Counted from the first letter of the stretch, positions 51,449-62,075 are shown. The stretch: 64,000 nt of DNA from Pelagomonas calceolata (GCA_918797485.1 CAKKNE010000001.1:3596001-3660000); one strand, 5' to 3'. Notes: a model not told the origin generated them from the sequence alone. Numbers and translations are program-made.

Positions 51449-53206
51449 TTACCTCTTCCGCCGTTTCGCAGCTGGCTTGCGCGTGGGCAGCCTTTTCTTC
51501 GCGGCCGGCTTGCGGACCGGCTTCGGCTTCGGGTGGAAGCGGACGGGCTCGGCCCAGGTCAGGAAGTTGTCCACGAAGCACTCGTGCGGGTCGGAGCCGA
51601 AGAGGTAGCCGCGCGCGATCCGCTCGTGCTGCGCCCAGACGAAGAACGGCTGCGCCATGTCGTGCATGTCTCCCCGTGGCCCTGCTGGAAAACTGGGCAT
51701 GGCGTACTCCCGCTCCCCTAGCGCGACGCCGCCGAAGACCGTGTCCGGTATCTCCTGCGCGTCGTTCTCGGGCAGCGCCGCCTTCAGCGCGCGCCCGGAC
51801 GCCAGAGCTTCCAAAGGTGGCGCCTCGGCCCCAAAGAGCACCTCCGGTGGCACGGCCTCCTCGTAGAAGCTTAGCACCGAATGGGGCGCCTCGGCGTCGA
51901 CGCGGTGCGGCCACGGCTGCGTCGGCGCGAGGACCATGCCGCCCCACCAGTCGCTCGAGCCCATGAGCTCGTCCTTGACGCCGTACAGCAATTCGTCGCG
52001 GACCGCGTCCATTACATTCGATTCGCCGAACGCGAGGCCGAGCACCCTAGAACGCCAGCGGTCGTCGTCTCCCTCGCCGTTCCCGCACTCGTCGTGTCTT
52101 CCTAAAATGGCAAAGGGGCGGCCGCGCGCCGCCCCTCTGGGCGCCGCGACCGGCGCGACGTGGACGCTGCACACGGGGCCCGTCGATTCGACCAATGAAC
52201 ACCGCGGGTAGCCGTCGTCGTCGTCGTCGCTGCCGGAATCGTCATTGCCCCGCGCGAGAGCGAACTTTTTTTCCTGGTGCAGGAGGCGCGCGAGCACCGC
52301 CGGGGACGGACGGCCCTGGAGCCACCGGTCGAGCTTGACGAGGTTCCGGTCCGCGAGGATGGCTCGCAAAGACGGCCGCTCGCCCGGGCCGTCCTCGACC
52401 AACGACCCATCTGCGATCAGCGACCCATGACCATAGGAACCGCCCTCGGCGCGCCGTCGGATCTCGGCGTCGCACTCGCCGATGAGCGCGCCGAGCTGAG
52501 TAATCATCATGGCCGCGACGGCGCGGTCCTGGCCCACCGCACCCTCGCGCCGGGCCTCGGACCTGGCCTCGCCCTCGCCGCCGTCGCGCGCGGCGACGGC
52601 CTCACTTAATCTCGCCTCGAGCTCGTCCTGGCCCAGCGCCCGGAGGTCGACGCCCGCCTCGGCGCAGGACATGACCGGAGTCAACTCCGCGACCTTCAGA
52701 GCCTTCAGGACTAACGACGGCGTCATATACCGCAGCGAATTCGCGTATCTTCTCCGTTCCCGATCCAACATTGTACAACAGCAGCTTCTTAACTCCTTCT
52801 GGAGGCCCGGGCCCATCTCCCTCAACTCAATGTCGCCCGCGGAGCCGTACGATCGCACCAGACCCAAGATCTCGGCCGGCAGGGAATGCGCCAGGGCCCA
52901 GGAGCCATCTCTCGAATCCGTCCCGCGGAACATCCTCAAAATCAACTCCCCGACGCCGTCCGCCGCCGCGTCGGCGTCGCGCTTCCGTTCGTAAATGCCG
53001 CATAAGAGCAATCCGCGGTTCTGTCTCCCTTCGCCGTCGTCCGAGTCTTCGTCGTTGGTCGTGCTTGGCAGCTCGGCGCGCCACTTCGGCGCGACGTAGA
53101 CGGCGTGGTAGCGCTTCCGCTGCCGCCGCTGCGCGCGCTCGCGGCGCTCGTCGTAGAAGCGCTCGTCGACCGTGTCGTCGAAGGCCTGGACGGAGTCGTC
53201 CTCCAT
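51449..53206 (-). CDS. Hypothetical protein
   Basis: 585-aa ATG ORF, basic NLS-like C-terminus, CTAG motif upstream. Confidence 0.6.
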   Translation of the reverse strand: MEDDSVQAFDDTVDERFYDERRERAQRRQRKRYHAVYVAPKWRAELPSTTNDEDSDDGEGRQNRGLLLCGIYERKRDADAAADGVGELILRMFRGTDSRDGSWALAHSLPAEILGLVRSYGSAGDIELREMGPGLQKELRSCCCTMLDRERRRYANSLRYMTPSLVLKALKVAELTPVMSCAEAGVDLRALGQDELEARLSEAVAARDGGEGEARSEARREGAVGQDRAVAAMMITQLGALIGECDAEIRRRAEGGSYGHGSLIADGSLVEDGPGERPSLRAILADRNLVKLDRWLQGRPSPAVLARLLHQEKKFALARGNDDSGSDDDDDGYPRCSLVESTGPVCSVHVAPVAAPRGAARGRPFAILGRHDECGNGEGDDDRWRSRVLGLAFGESNVMDAVRDELLYGVKDELMGSSDWWGGMVLAPTQPWPHRVDAEAPHSVLSFYEEAVPPEVLFGAEAPPLEALASGRALKAALPENDAQEIPDTVFGGVALGEREYAMPSFPAGPRGDMHDMAQPFFVWAQHERIARGYLFGSDPHECFVDNFLTWAEPVRFHPKPKPVRKPAAKKRLPTRKPAAKRRKR

Positions 53207-53460
53207 ATTTTATCTGTGCTTTGCGCGCGCTGCGGCGATGCGCTAGGGCCGTTACCGGTCCTTACTGGTCGAGGCCCGTCGCACGGCAGCGGTTTTAGGC
53301 TGCACTGAGGGGACCGCTGTGCCGCTGGCTAACGCTGAAGGTTGCGCTCTTCAGGATTTCTGCGACAGCGACAGGCGATCTCTTTTTGTCCACCACTGGT
53401 CTTGAAACGAGCACAGGAGCGGAGCTTGCACCCTTTGGCAAGCGCCGCGCCGATAATTAG

Positions 53461-53482
53461 CTAGCGGTCTGTAAGACACTAG
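53461..53482 (+). promoter_or_regulatory. CTAG-bracketed intergenic motif
   Basis: CTAGCGGTCTGTAAGACACTAG between the divergent 53206 gene and the PKS. Confidence 0.6.
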
Positions 53483-53662
53483 CAAGGACCTCTCCGAACC
53501 GCTCTCGTCCTTGACCCAGGACTCGGAGGCCATCCAACGCGACCCCAGAAGCCTCTGGGAAGATGGTTACTGCACACACAAAATGTATCTTCTCAATTTC
53601 CTGAGGCGAGGCAGCCCTCCCATCGACGTAGCAGCAGCAGCTTTCTGCGTGTTGGTGGCACT

Positions 53663-55093
53663 ATGGACACCATGGAGACCATCGAGGTGGCCTCGGGCCT
53701 CTCCATCGAGCTCAAGCTTTGCGTGGCAGCTATCGTCGTGCTCGCAACCATGCTTGTGCTGACAATGGTGAGTTTCCCTTCCCAGCCCAGAGAGGCAGCC
53801 CGACCGCTGCGCACGCGGCACAACGCACGTACTGACGGTGCAGCACGCACACACACCGCACCAGACGCCGTCGACGCACTTTACCACATTCTATCGCGCG
53901 CGCGCGCCTGACGTGACGTGACGTGACGTGATATCGCGCAGGCCGCCCCGAAGAAGGAACAAAAGCTCATCCCCACCATCATGGGCATGGCCACGGGCAA
54001 CCCGCCCTACCGCGCGAGCCAAGAACAAGCTTTGCAGGTCGCCGAGAGCTGCCCCGAGTGCACGTCCATCAAACCGGTCCTCGCGCGCATCTACGGCAAT
54101 TCCAGAATTGACTACCGCTACATGGCCGTGCCCGACTTCACGCCGGAGCAGCGCTTGGAGGGCGACGACAACTTCTTCGACGACGACCTGAACTTTCGCA
54201 TGCCCGTGGAGAAGAGACTGGACAAGTTTAGGGAGGTCGCCGTGCCGCTCGTGACGGACGTGTGTGCTAGAGCGCTGAAGGACGCCGGCGTGCAAGCTAG
54301 CGAGATCGGGAAGCTTGTGGTTGTTTCTTCCACTGGTTTCTTGGGCCCGGGCCTGGACTGCTCGCTCATCAAGACCCTCGGACTCGAAAGGAGTGTCGAC
54401 CGTTCACTCATCGGCTTCATGGGCTGCGCGGCGGCCATGAACGGGTTTCGGGTGGCGAACGACTACGCCGCGTCGCATCCCGGCAAATTGGCTCTCATGG
54501 TCTGCGTCGAAATTTCGTCGGTGCACACGACGTTTGATGATAACGTGAATGATGCCATCTTACATGCGATCTTCGCGGACGGCTGTGCTGCTGCGGTGAT
54601 CAGTGGAGAGAAGCCCGGCTCCGCCAAAGCCAAGGGCAAGTTCGGCATCGTCGACACGCACGGCTGGCTCATGGAGGGCACCGAGGACGGCATCACGCTG
54701 TCGATCAACGAGAACGGCATCTCGTGCATCCTGTCCAAATACCTACCGCAGTACATCGCCAAGAACATGGGCGGCTACGTCGAGTCCTTCCTGGGCATGC
54801 ACAACCTCCAGAAGAGCGACATGGACTTCTGGGCCATCCACCCCGGTGGGAGGCGGATCATCGAGGAGGCGCAGAACGGTTTGGGGCTGTCCGAGGAGCA
54901 GGCGAAGTACTCCTGGAACGTGCTGTCGAACTACGGCAACATGCTCTCGCCGTCCGTGATGTTCGTCCTGGAACTGATCCTGAACGACCACAAGAAGGCC
55001 CTGGCGAAGGGTGAAAGAGGATTGAAGCAGGGCATCGCGTTCTCGTTTAGCCCCGGCGTCGGCGCCGAGGGCGTCCTCATCAAGGTCATGTAG
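53663..55093 (+). CDS. Type III polyketide synthase with N-terminal hydrophobic anchor; intron 53768-53941
   Basis: Catalytic triad in GFMGC, AIHPGG, YGNMLS; IFADG; FSPG. GTGAGT..CAG phase-0 intron joins a 35-codon hydrophobic exon 1. Confidence 0.93.
53909..53931. repeat. (TGACG)n microsatellite in the PKS intron
   Basis: tgacgtgacgtgacgtgacgtga just before the 3' splice site. Confidence 0.8.
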
Positions 55094-55241
55094 TCGTCGT
55101 CGTTTCCCGTTTTCCCTTCCACGACTTAAGATTACGCTGTATCTCGGACAGCCGCGGCGGCGATGGCGTTTAGGGTTACTTTAATCTTAGTACACGCGCG
55201 CGCTAGGAGTCTTGTCCGGTGCGGCGCACCGGACGCCGCGC

Positions 55242-55490
55242 TCAGAGCCCTTCGAACGGGTCGCTGCTCGGCGCCTTGTTCATTGCTGATGGTGTCGGCG
55301 GCGCGTCGGACGCCATCGCGGCCATCGAGCCCTCCTTGGGCGCGGTTTGTGGCGCGTCCTTTTTCATCTGCTCGAGGCTCGCGAGGACGTCGTCCTCCGT
55401 CACTGATACCTTGTTCACTCTTTGCGCTGGTTCGGCCGGCTTTTGCACGGCGGGCGCGGCCATGGCTTGGAGGAAATCGCTGCTGGACAT
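55242..55490 (-). CDS. Small hypothetical protein
   Basis: 82-aa ATG ORF, divergent from the CRAL-TRIO gene. Confidence 0.45.
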   Translation of the reverse strand: MSSSDFLQAMAAPAVQKPAEPAQRVNKVSVTEDDVLASLEQMKKDAPQTAPKEGSMAAMASDAPPTPSAMNKAPSSDPFEGL

Positions 55491-55970
55491 GCTTGTCGTG
55501 TGAGAGGTTCAGATCTTTGGGCTGCACTTGACTGTGAGATGCTTGTGTCGCGTGCGCCGCTCAGAGCCTGTGGGCTGCACTCGTGTGTGCGGAGGTTACG
55601 CGTGCTGTGGGCTGCTGTGCGTGGTTGCAGCTGCTAGGCGTGATCGATGACGAGCAATGCTGGCGTCGTCTGGCGTTGGGTGTCCTTTTACGTCTCTTTT
55701 AGCCACGTTTTGCGCAACGCACCACTCTCAGGACGAGCTCTAGTGGGTCGATACGCTAGCACAACAACCGTTTCAGGCGTCGCCGCACGACGTCGTGTCG
55801 TCGCTGGACGCCTGCAGGCGTCTGTTGTTACGTCTCCGGCCGACGCTCTCAATGAGCACAGCCTGCAATCTTGGACGCTGGGGAACGTGTAGGTGCGTCT
55901 TGTAAGGACGTTAGCTCGATCATACGTCGCTATGAACCCGCATTAACGAGCCCTGACGAAAAACGCAGCG

Positions 55971-57209
55971 ATGCGCGCGATCCTAGCCCTGCTGCTCATG
56001 GTGAGCCAAGCTGCAGCCCTGCAGACGCCAGGCCGCAGCGCGTTGCGGCTAAGGGGAGGATCCGACGAAGTGGTCCAGCAAGAGCAGACCAACGCCACGA
56101 GGTCGGACTACGTCGTCAAGGGCACCATCGGCGCCGCCGGCACGGGCGCGCTCGTCTGGGGTGCGAAAGCAACACTCAATTTCTTGGGACGGCGGCGCGC
56201 TGCAGAAAGGCGGCGCGCGCGGAGCATTGCCGTGCGCGCGCGGCGTTTCTTACGAAGCGGCCTCGCCTTCACGAAAACGGTCTCGACACGCGGGAAGACG
56301 GTCGCGGCGCACTGCACAACGCGCTGCACAACGCTGGGCGCGCGCGCGTGTGCACCACTGTATGATTGCGCGTCGACGTACGCCGCGCGGAGCTGCCTTC
56401 TTACGTTGCGGGTGGCCGAGTTCAACAACCGCACCGCGTCGCGCTTGTTTGCTTTCATCAATACACCAATAAAACCGGCCACGGCCCGGAGCCAACTGAA
56501 AGCTGTATTACGACAAGAATTGAGGATGCGCCCTTCATTATTGAGGGACGCTCGAAAAGGTAAATTGGCCCTCGACGACGCTTGTTTAGAGAGATATCTG
56601 GCTGCGGCGAAATGGAGCTTAGATTTTCCCGATAGACCCGTCGTCGACGCCATCGGCGCCACGGCGGCCTGGCGCGCTTCCACAGTTGCCGCGCGCGCGC
56701 CCGACTCCATTCGCGCAGAGCCGGCATGGCGACGGTTTTTTTGGAGTGCTGGCGTGAAGACGCGGCGGAAAGAAGCGGTCCTCGTCCTGCACGCGAGGCA
56801 CGCGGTGGATGCGCCCCTCTCACATTTGATAAGAGTGATAGAAGGAGGCTGTCGCTCTACACAACGCGCCTGTGTCGTCTTAGACGCGCGCGGCGCGCCG
56901 TCCTCATCATTATTTGACGTCGCGAAGAAGATGCAGAAGGCTTTACCGGTCTTCCAGGCGCACTACCCGGGGCGGTTGGGCCGCGTCGTCGTGTTGGAAG
57001 GTGGACGGCCCGTTTCTCTGATATGGGGCGTGCTCTCGAAGCTTTGTGATGAGGAGGCGAAAGCTCGCATCGCTTTCGTCGACTCGCTGGACCAATTGGA
57101 TGCAATTGTCAGTGTCGCCGAGCTGAACGGGCGAGATGCGGTCTTCGCGGAGACGTCTAGGCTGGCTCAGGAATCACAGGCGGAGGCGCCGCACACGCTC
57201 TACCTCTAA
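55971..57209 (+). CDS. CRAL-TRIO/Sec14-like lipid-binding protein with signal peptide
   Basis: DDACLERYL.A.KW, T.AWR, VLDARG, FQAHYPGRLGRV, IWGVL..L; signal peptide followed by LRLRGG. Confidence 0.8.
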   Translation: MRAILALLLMVSQAAALQTPGRSALRLRGGSDEVVQQEQTNATRSDYVVKGTIGAAGTGALVWGAKATLNFLGRRRAAERRRARSIAVRARRFLRSGLAFTKTVSTRGKTVAAHCTTRCTTLGARACAPLYDCASTYAARSCLLTLRVAEFNNRTASRLFAFINTPIKPATARSQLKAVLRQELRMRPSLLRDARKGKLALDDACLERYLAAAKWSLDFPDRPVVDAIGATAAWRASTVAARAPDSIRAEPAWRRFFWSAGVKTRRKEAVLVLHARHAVDAPLSHLIRVIEGGCRSTQRACVVLDARGAPSSSLFDVAKKMQKALPVFQAHYPGRLGRVVVLEGGRPVSLIWGVLSKLCDEEAKARIAFVDSLDQLDAIVSVAELNGRDAVFAETSRLAQESQAEAPHTLYL

Positions 57210-57275
57210 TAACACATGTTTTACTAGTATTCCGGACGCGTCGTCGGCGCGCGGGCGGACGCCGTCGACGCGACC

Positions 57276-58598
57276 CTAGATCTCGTCCGTCGCGTCCTTC
57301 TTGGTCGTGACGATGTCCTCGGCGTCGTCGTCGGCCGACTTCGCCAAAAGCATCAACGCCTTCTCCCGCATCTCCTCCTGGCGTTTCTTCTGCTCGGCGA
57401 GCTTCTCTCGGCGAATGCGCTCGGCCTCCAAAGCTGCCTCCTCCCGTTTCAAAGCGATGGTCTCCTTGACGCTCTCGACATACGTGTTGAGCTTCACCGC
57501 GAGTCTGACAGCAAAGGCCGCGTCGCGGTCCTGCGTGCGTCTCGCAGCATCCTTCGCCTTCTCGGCCAAAGCAAACTCAATACATTCCTTGAAGGTCATG
57601 CCGTTGTTCTGGTTCCAGTCGCGCGTGTCGCGCGTGCCGTCGGGGTATACTAGTGCTCCCGAGCCGTTGATCTTGCCTGCACTGAATCTACCGATGAAAC
57701 TATATCCAGTAGTCGGTGATGTGAGTTCGCCTCGCCCGTGATATTTCCCTCGGTACCAGTCCCCGACATAAGTAACACCCGACGGTTGGATGAGCGTACC
57801 CTCGCCGTGCCTCTTCCCCTCCTTCCACTGGCCGTCATATATCTGGCCCGTATGGTAGGTCATCTTGCCCTCGCCGTCGGGCTTGCCGAAGCGCCAGTGG
57901 CCCCGGTATACCGTACCGCCGGGGTACTGCGCCTTGCCCTCGCCGTGAGGTTTACCGTCCTTGAAGACACCGACATACAAGCACCCGTCCGCAAACTTGT
58001 ATCTACCTCCCCCATGAGGCTTGCCGTCCTTCCACAGGCCATCATAACTGTAGTGATGCTCGTTGCCTTCGCTGTTCAGGACATTGTTTCGCGGTGGCGC
58101 TAAGCCGGGCGGCCCGTGCTCCTCCTTCTTATATCCAATGACCCACTTCGGCGTCACCAAGGGTTTGAACGTCTTCCCTTTAGCCCCTTCCTTGTCGGGC
58201 GACAATTGAGCGGCTAACGCCCCTAATGAATCCTTCACCTCCTTGAGCTTCATCTCCTCCTTCGACATGACTTCTTTGGTCGGTCGATTGTACTGGTCGA
58301 ACTTTCGCGCTTTTATGAGATTTTGGTAGATGTCGTCCGAGACCGCGCCGTGCGGCATCCGATCCGACGCCGTAGAATCTTTGATGTGATCGAGATGCTT
58401 CTTGCGCGACGTGATGCCGGCCTTCCGCATCAGCGTCCTATATATCCTCTGCTTCTTCTCCTCGGCTTTCCGTTTGGCCCTTTCTTCCTTGCGCCGGCGC
58501 TCGGCGTAAATTTTTTGCGCAGCTTCCGTCATGGACTCGGGCTCGTTGTCGAGGTCCGCGGCGAGGGCCGCCTGGGCCCGGCGCTGGCGCTCGTTCAT
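57276..58598 (-). CDS. MORN-repeat protein
   Basis: Six tandem Y.G.W..GK..G.G repeats flanked by coiled coils. Confidence 0.88.
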   Translation of the reverse strand: MNERQRRAQAALAADLDNEPESMTEAAQKIYAERRRKEERAKRKAEEKKQRIYRTLMRKAGITSRKKHLDHIKDSTASDRMPHGAVSDDIYQNLIKARKFDQYNRPTKEVMSKEEMKLKEVKDSLGALAAQLSPDKEGAKGKTFKPLVTPKWVIGYKKEEHGPPGLAPPRNNVLNSEGNEHHYSYDGLWKDGKPHGGGRYKFADGCLYVGVFKDGKPHGEGKAQYPGGTVYRGHWRFGKPDGEGKMTYHTGQIYDGQWKEGKRHGEGTLIQPSGVTYVGDWYRGKYHGRGELTSPTTGYSFIGRFSAGKINGSGALVYPDGTRDTRDWNQNNGMTFKECIEFALAEKAKDAARRTQDRDAAFAVRLAVKLNTYVESVKETIALKREEAALEAERIRREKLAEQKKRQEEMREKALMLLAKSADDDAEDIVTTKKDATDEI

Positions 58599-58919
58599 GG
58601 TGCTTTTATCGGTGCCGGTGCTGTGTCGTGGGCATGGTGCTGGGGCGTCCTTTCATGGCCCGGGCGCGCGGCGGCGGCGGTCCGTGGGCGTTTGTAATGC
58701 GCCTGCCGAGCTGTGTTGGCTGCCCCGGGCAGCGGTGGCGCCGAATGAGCGGTAATTGAGCGCTGTTGGCCGCTGTTGGGCAGCTCCCAGCACAGCGCAA
58801 ACTGGGCAGATATTGGGCAGCCTAACCGATCTAAGCGCCCGCACGCACGCGCAGCGTAAACGAGGCACCGCACCCGTTCTCTGGCACCGCGCCCGGCGCC
58901 GCCGCCGCCGCGCCGCGCC

Positions 58920-59402
58920 ATGCGGCGCCTCCTCACCGTCATGCTCCTCATGACAGCCCATGCGCAGACGGACGCGCCGACGCCCCGACCCCAGACCCCA
59001 CCGACGGACACGCCGCGGCCGACGCCATCGCCATCACCTAGGCCGCGCAACTGGACGCCGTCGCCCACGCGGTCGCCGAAGCCGACGCTGCCGCCGACGT
59101 TATCCTTTTCGCCCACGTTCGCGCCGTCGCCGGCACCGTCCGTGTCGCCGTCGGCGGCCCCCTCACCGCACCCGACGCCCCAGCCCCAGACGGCCGCGCC
59201 GACGCAGAAGCCGATTCCCGAGAAGTTTCCGTTTTACTTCACGGTCGCTGGTGTGGAGGTCATGAAGACGCAGATCACGTTCCTGAACTCGCTTTGTGCT
59301 TGCGTCTTCGTGGGCGGGACGCTGCGGCATTTGTATGATAGTTTATGGCGGCCGAAGATGTCGCTCGTCGAGGGCGGGCTGCGGAGCAACCGGCGGTTCT
59401 AA
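58920..59402 (+). CDS. Small Pro/Thr/Ser-rich secreted or membrane protein
   Basis: Signal peptide MRRLLTVMLLMTAHA, PT/PS repeats, C-terminal hydrophobic segment. Confidence 0.65.
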   Translation: MRRLLTVMLLMTAHAQTDAPTPRPQTPPTDTPRPTPSPSPRPRNWTPSPTRSPKPTLPPTLSFSPTFAPSPAPSVSPSAAPSPHPTPQPQTAAPTQKPIPEKFPFYFTVAGVEVMKTQITFLNSLCACVFVGGTLRHLYDSLWRPKMSLVEGGLRSNRRF

Positions 59403-59578
59403 GGCTTTTGTTTGTGTGTGTGATTCTTGTGGTTTCTTCCGTTGGCCGGCCGCGTTGGGTTTCTCTGTAGCGTAGGATATCTCGTAGGACCGCCGGCCGC
59501 GCATCGGGCAGCGCACGCTCGCGAGGTCGAAGACGCCGGCGCGCCGCGTCCGTCCGGGATAGTGAGTGCCCTCGCCGA

Positions 59579-60293
59579 GATCTGGTTTGTGGCGTAGCTA
59601 GGGCTGCGGCAACGCTCCTAGTGCTCCTTCCTAGCGTGCTCTGCTGAAACAGCCTAAGCGCGAGGTCGAGGCCTGTGTGGAAATCAACCAGTGTGTCGGG
59701 TGCGCTGGCTCCGTCGAGCGGTGAGGAACCGGCACCGCCACGCCATCGAACGCGCCGTAAAATTTTGATTTCCGCACAGGTCGAGGCGATCGACTCGCCG
59801 AACAACAACGGAGTGGGCCTACGGCTGGGCGTCTTTGGATGTGCTGTTGGTGGCGATCCTCGCGACGGCCATTCAATTGCCTCGACTCGTGAGGATGTTG
59901 GTGAGGGGGCCGTGCAAGGAGGTCGACGGGGCATTGTCCGCATTCATGGAGAATGCCCTCGGTGGTGATACCACCTGCTTTAGATTGGCCGTGCGCATCC
60001 GCCCGGGAATGGTGTTCCTCGCGTTCGTCGCAGTCTTGCATATGGTCTTCGGCGCGCTCGCGGCGCACAACGGGAACACGGCCGTGGCCGAGCGCGTCGC
60101 CGCCGAGACCGACCTGCCCGTCAAGCGCCGGTCCTCGTTCGAGCCCGAGGCCGCCGAGGCCGCCGAGGAGGTCAAGGAGGACGACAAGTCGGACGAAAAG
60201 AAGGGCTTCAGCATGTGGGAGAGCATCTCGCGCAGCGTGACACCGCCGGCGCCCGGCACCGAGTCGCCCATCCACGTGAAGATCGAGGAGTAA
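59579..60293 (+). pseudogene. 5'-truncated membrane-protein gene fragment (PqiA-like C-terminus) carrying an introner
   Basis: After removing intron 59665-59779 the frame reads LLVLLPSVLC*NSL..EWAYGWASLDVLLVAILA; in-frame TGA at 59645 and no upstream ATG. Confidence 0.4.
59673..59779. mobile_element. Introner element, 107 bp
   Basis: TIR CTGTGTGGAAATCAA / TTGATTTCCGCACAG; perfect TSD GTCGAGGC (59665-59672, 59780-59787); internally deleted relative of the 25573 copy. Confidence 0.9.
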
Positions 60294-60378
60294 GAAGTTA
60301 CTACACATAGACATTTACTTCGTTTCGGGGAGTGACGCGGACCGCGCCGCGGCGATGGCGTGCAGGGAAGAAGAGCAT

Positions 60379-61764
60379 TCACCGCCGCCGCGCCAGGACG
60401 AGCGCCACTCCGACGCCGATCGCCGCACCGAGCGCGATATCCCGCCGGCGCTGCACGACGTCGCGCGGCGGCATGACGTCGCGCGGCGGCGGCTCCGTCG
60501 GGGCCGGCGGCGGCGCGGGCGGCCGCTTCGTCGGGTCGCTCTCGATGGAGCCCGAGGACTTGTAGCGAGGCGCCTCAAAGAAGGGCCGCAGGTAGGCGTC
60601 GGGGTGCGAGATCTCGCCCCGCAGCGAGACGCCAACGAGCTCGCGGACCGCGTCCATGTCGCCGGGGTACCTTCCGAAGAGATACGCGAGCTTGGTCGCG
60701 GCCGCCTCCGTCGTCATGTCCCCCGCCGCGACGACACCTTCCTCTTCCAATAGCCTTCCTACTTCGTACGTCGCCAGGACCACGCCGCCGCGTTTACACT
60801 GCGTCGTCGCCACTACCAATACATTGTGCGACCGCGCCGCGCGCAGCGCCTTCAATAGACCCGCGCGCCGCGCCGGCGCCGTGCCCGTCCCATACAACTC
60901 CAACACGACGGCCCTTAATTCGTCCGACTCGAGGCAGCGTAGTAAGGCCTTATCGTCGAAGCCGGGGACCATGCGAAAAACCAAGATCTTCGTCTCCATC
61001 TGCGTGAACGCTTTACACCTTTGTTCTGAGGAAGGCGCCAGCGCCAGGTCGTACCTTGCTCTGAGTGCGACGCCGCACGACGCGAGTGGCGGGAAGTTCG
61101 GCGAGTCGTAGGCCGACAAAGCAAGCGCGTCGACCTTCGTCGTGCGGTTGCCCCGGAGTAATCGATCCCCAAAAAACACGACGACCTCGCTCGGGCCCGC
61201 GTGCGCAAAGATCAAAGCCATCACGAGGTTGCGCCGCGCGTCCGAATAGCTCTCGGCGAAGGGGATCATGCTCCCCGTCAGCACTACTGGTTTTGATAAG
61301 TTTTCCAGCATGAAACTCAGCGCCGACGCGCAGTAGGCCATCGTGTCCGTGCCCATAATCACAACGAACCCGTCGAACTGGTTGTGCGACTGCGCGATGT
61401 CCTGCGCTATCCTACGCCAGTCCTGCGGCACCATGTCCGCGCTGTCCAAGAGAGGGGCATATTCGACAACTTCGTAGGCCGGCATGCGCCTTTCTCGTAA
61501 CTCTGGCATCAATCTCATCTGCTCGGCGAGGTAGCCCGCCTTCGGCTCGAGCGAGCCTCTCTGATTCGGCTTCATGCCCATGGTGCCGCCCGTCAATAAT
61601 ACCAGCACCCTACCATCTCTATCGCTGTCGTCGAGCTCGTCCGTACCATGTAAATTCGTCGCACTGTTGGACGAGGTGATGCGGTGCGGCAGGCCGAGCG
61701 GCTTGAAGGGCGGCTTGCCGGTGAGGGATTCGTCCATGCTTTTGCCGGTTAACGATTCGTCCAT
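60379..61764 (-). CDS. ansA: Type I L-asparaginase with C-terminal TM tail
   Basis: TGGTMGM, LLDSADM, GTDTMAY, ENLSKPVVLTGS, RGNRTTK, SPNFPPL, DMTTEAAATKL, LRGE. Confidence 0.9.
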   Translation of the reverse strand: MDESLTGKSMDESLTGKPPFKPLGLPHRITSSNSATNLHGTDELDDSDRDGRVLVLLTGGTMGMKPNQRGSLEPKAGYLAEQMRLMPELRERRMPAYEVVEYAPLLDSADMVPQDWRRIAQDIAQSHNQFDGFVVIMGTDTMAYCASALSFMLENLSKPVVLTGSMIPFAESYSDARRNLVMALIFAHAGPSEVVVFFGDRLLRGNRTTKVDALALSAYDSPNFPPLASCGVALRARYDLALAPSSEQRCKAFTQMETKILVFRMVPGFDDKALLRCLESDELRAVVLELYGTGTAPARRAGLLKALRAARSHNVLVVATTQCKRGGVVLATYEVGRLLEEEGVVAAGDMTTEAAATKLAYLFGRYPGDMDAVRELVGVSLRGEISHPDAYLRPFFEAPRYKSSGSIESDPTKRPPAPPPAPTEPPPRDVMPPRDVVQRRRDIALGAAIGVGVALVLARRR

Positions 61765-62075
61765 GCTTTTGACTGCTGCGCTTTATCGTGTACGTCGCGT
61801 ACAGCGTCAAGAGATTGCAAGGCACTGCTGCAGGCAGGAGAGCTTGGGAGTGCTCGCGTCTTGAGCAATGCTCCGCAGCCGTGGCTATCAGAGACAACAA
61901 ATGGAGTCGTGTGGGCTCTTTTATGCTCGTGCAGTCCGCCAAGGCAGCGCACGATTGTGAGGTCGCAGAGCAAAATCTCGAGGCAGGAGAGGCAGGAGAG
62001 ATCCACGGTTTCTCTCTTGGACATTCACGGGACGCTTCAGAGATTCATACAGGTAGTCTTTGAGCGCTCAACACC

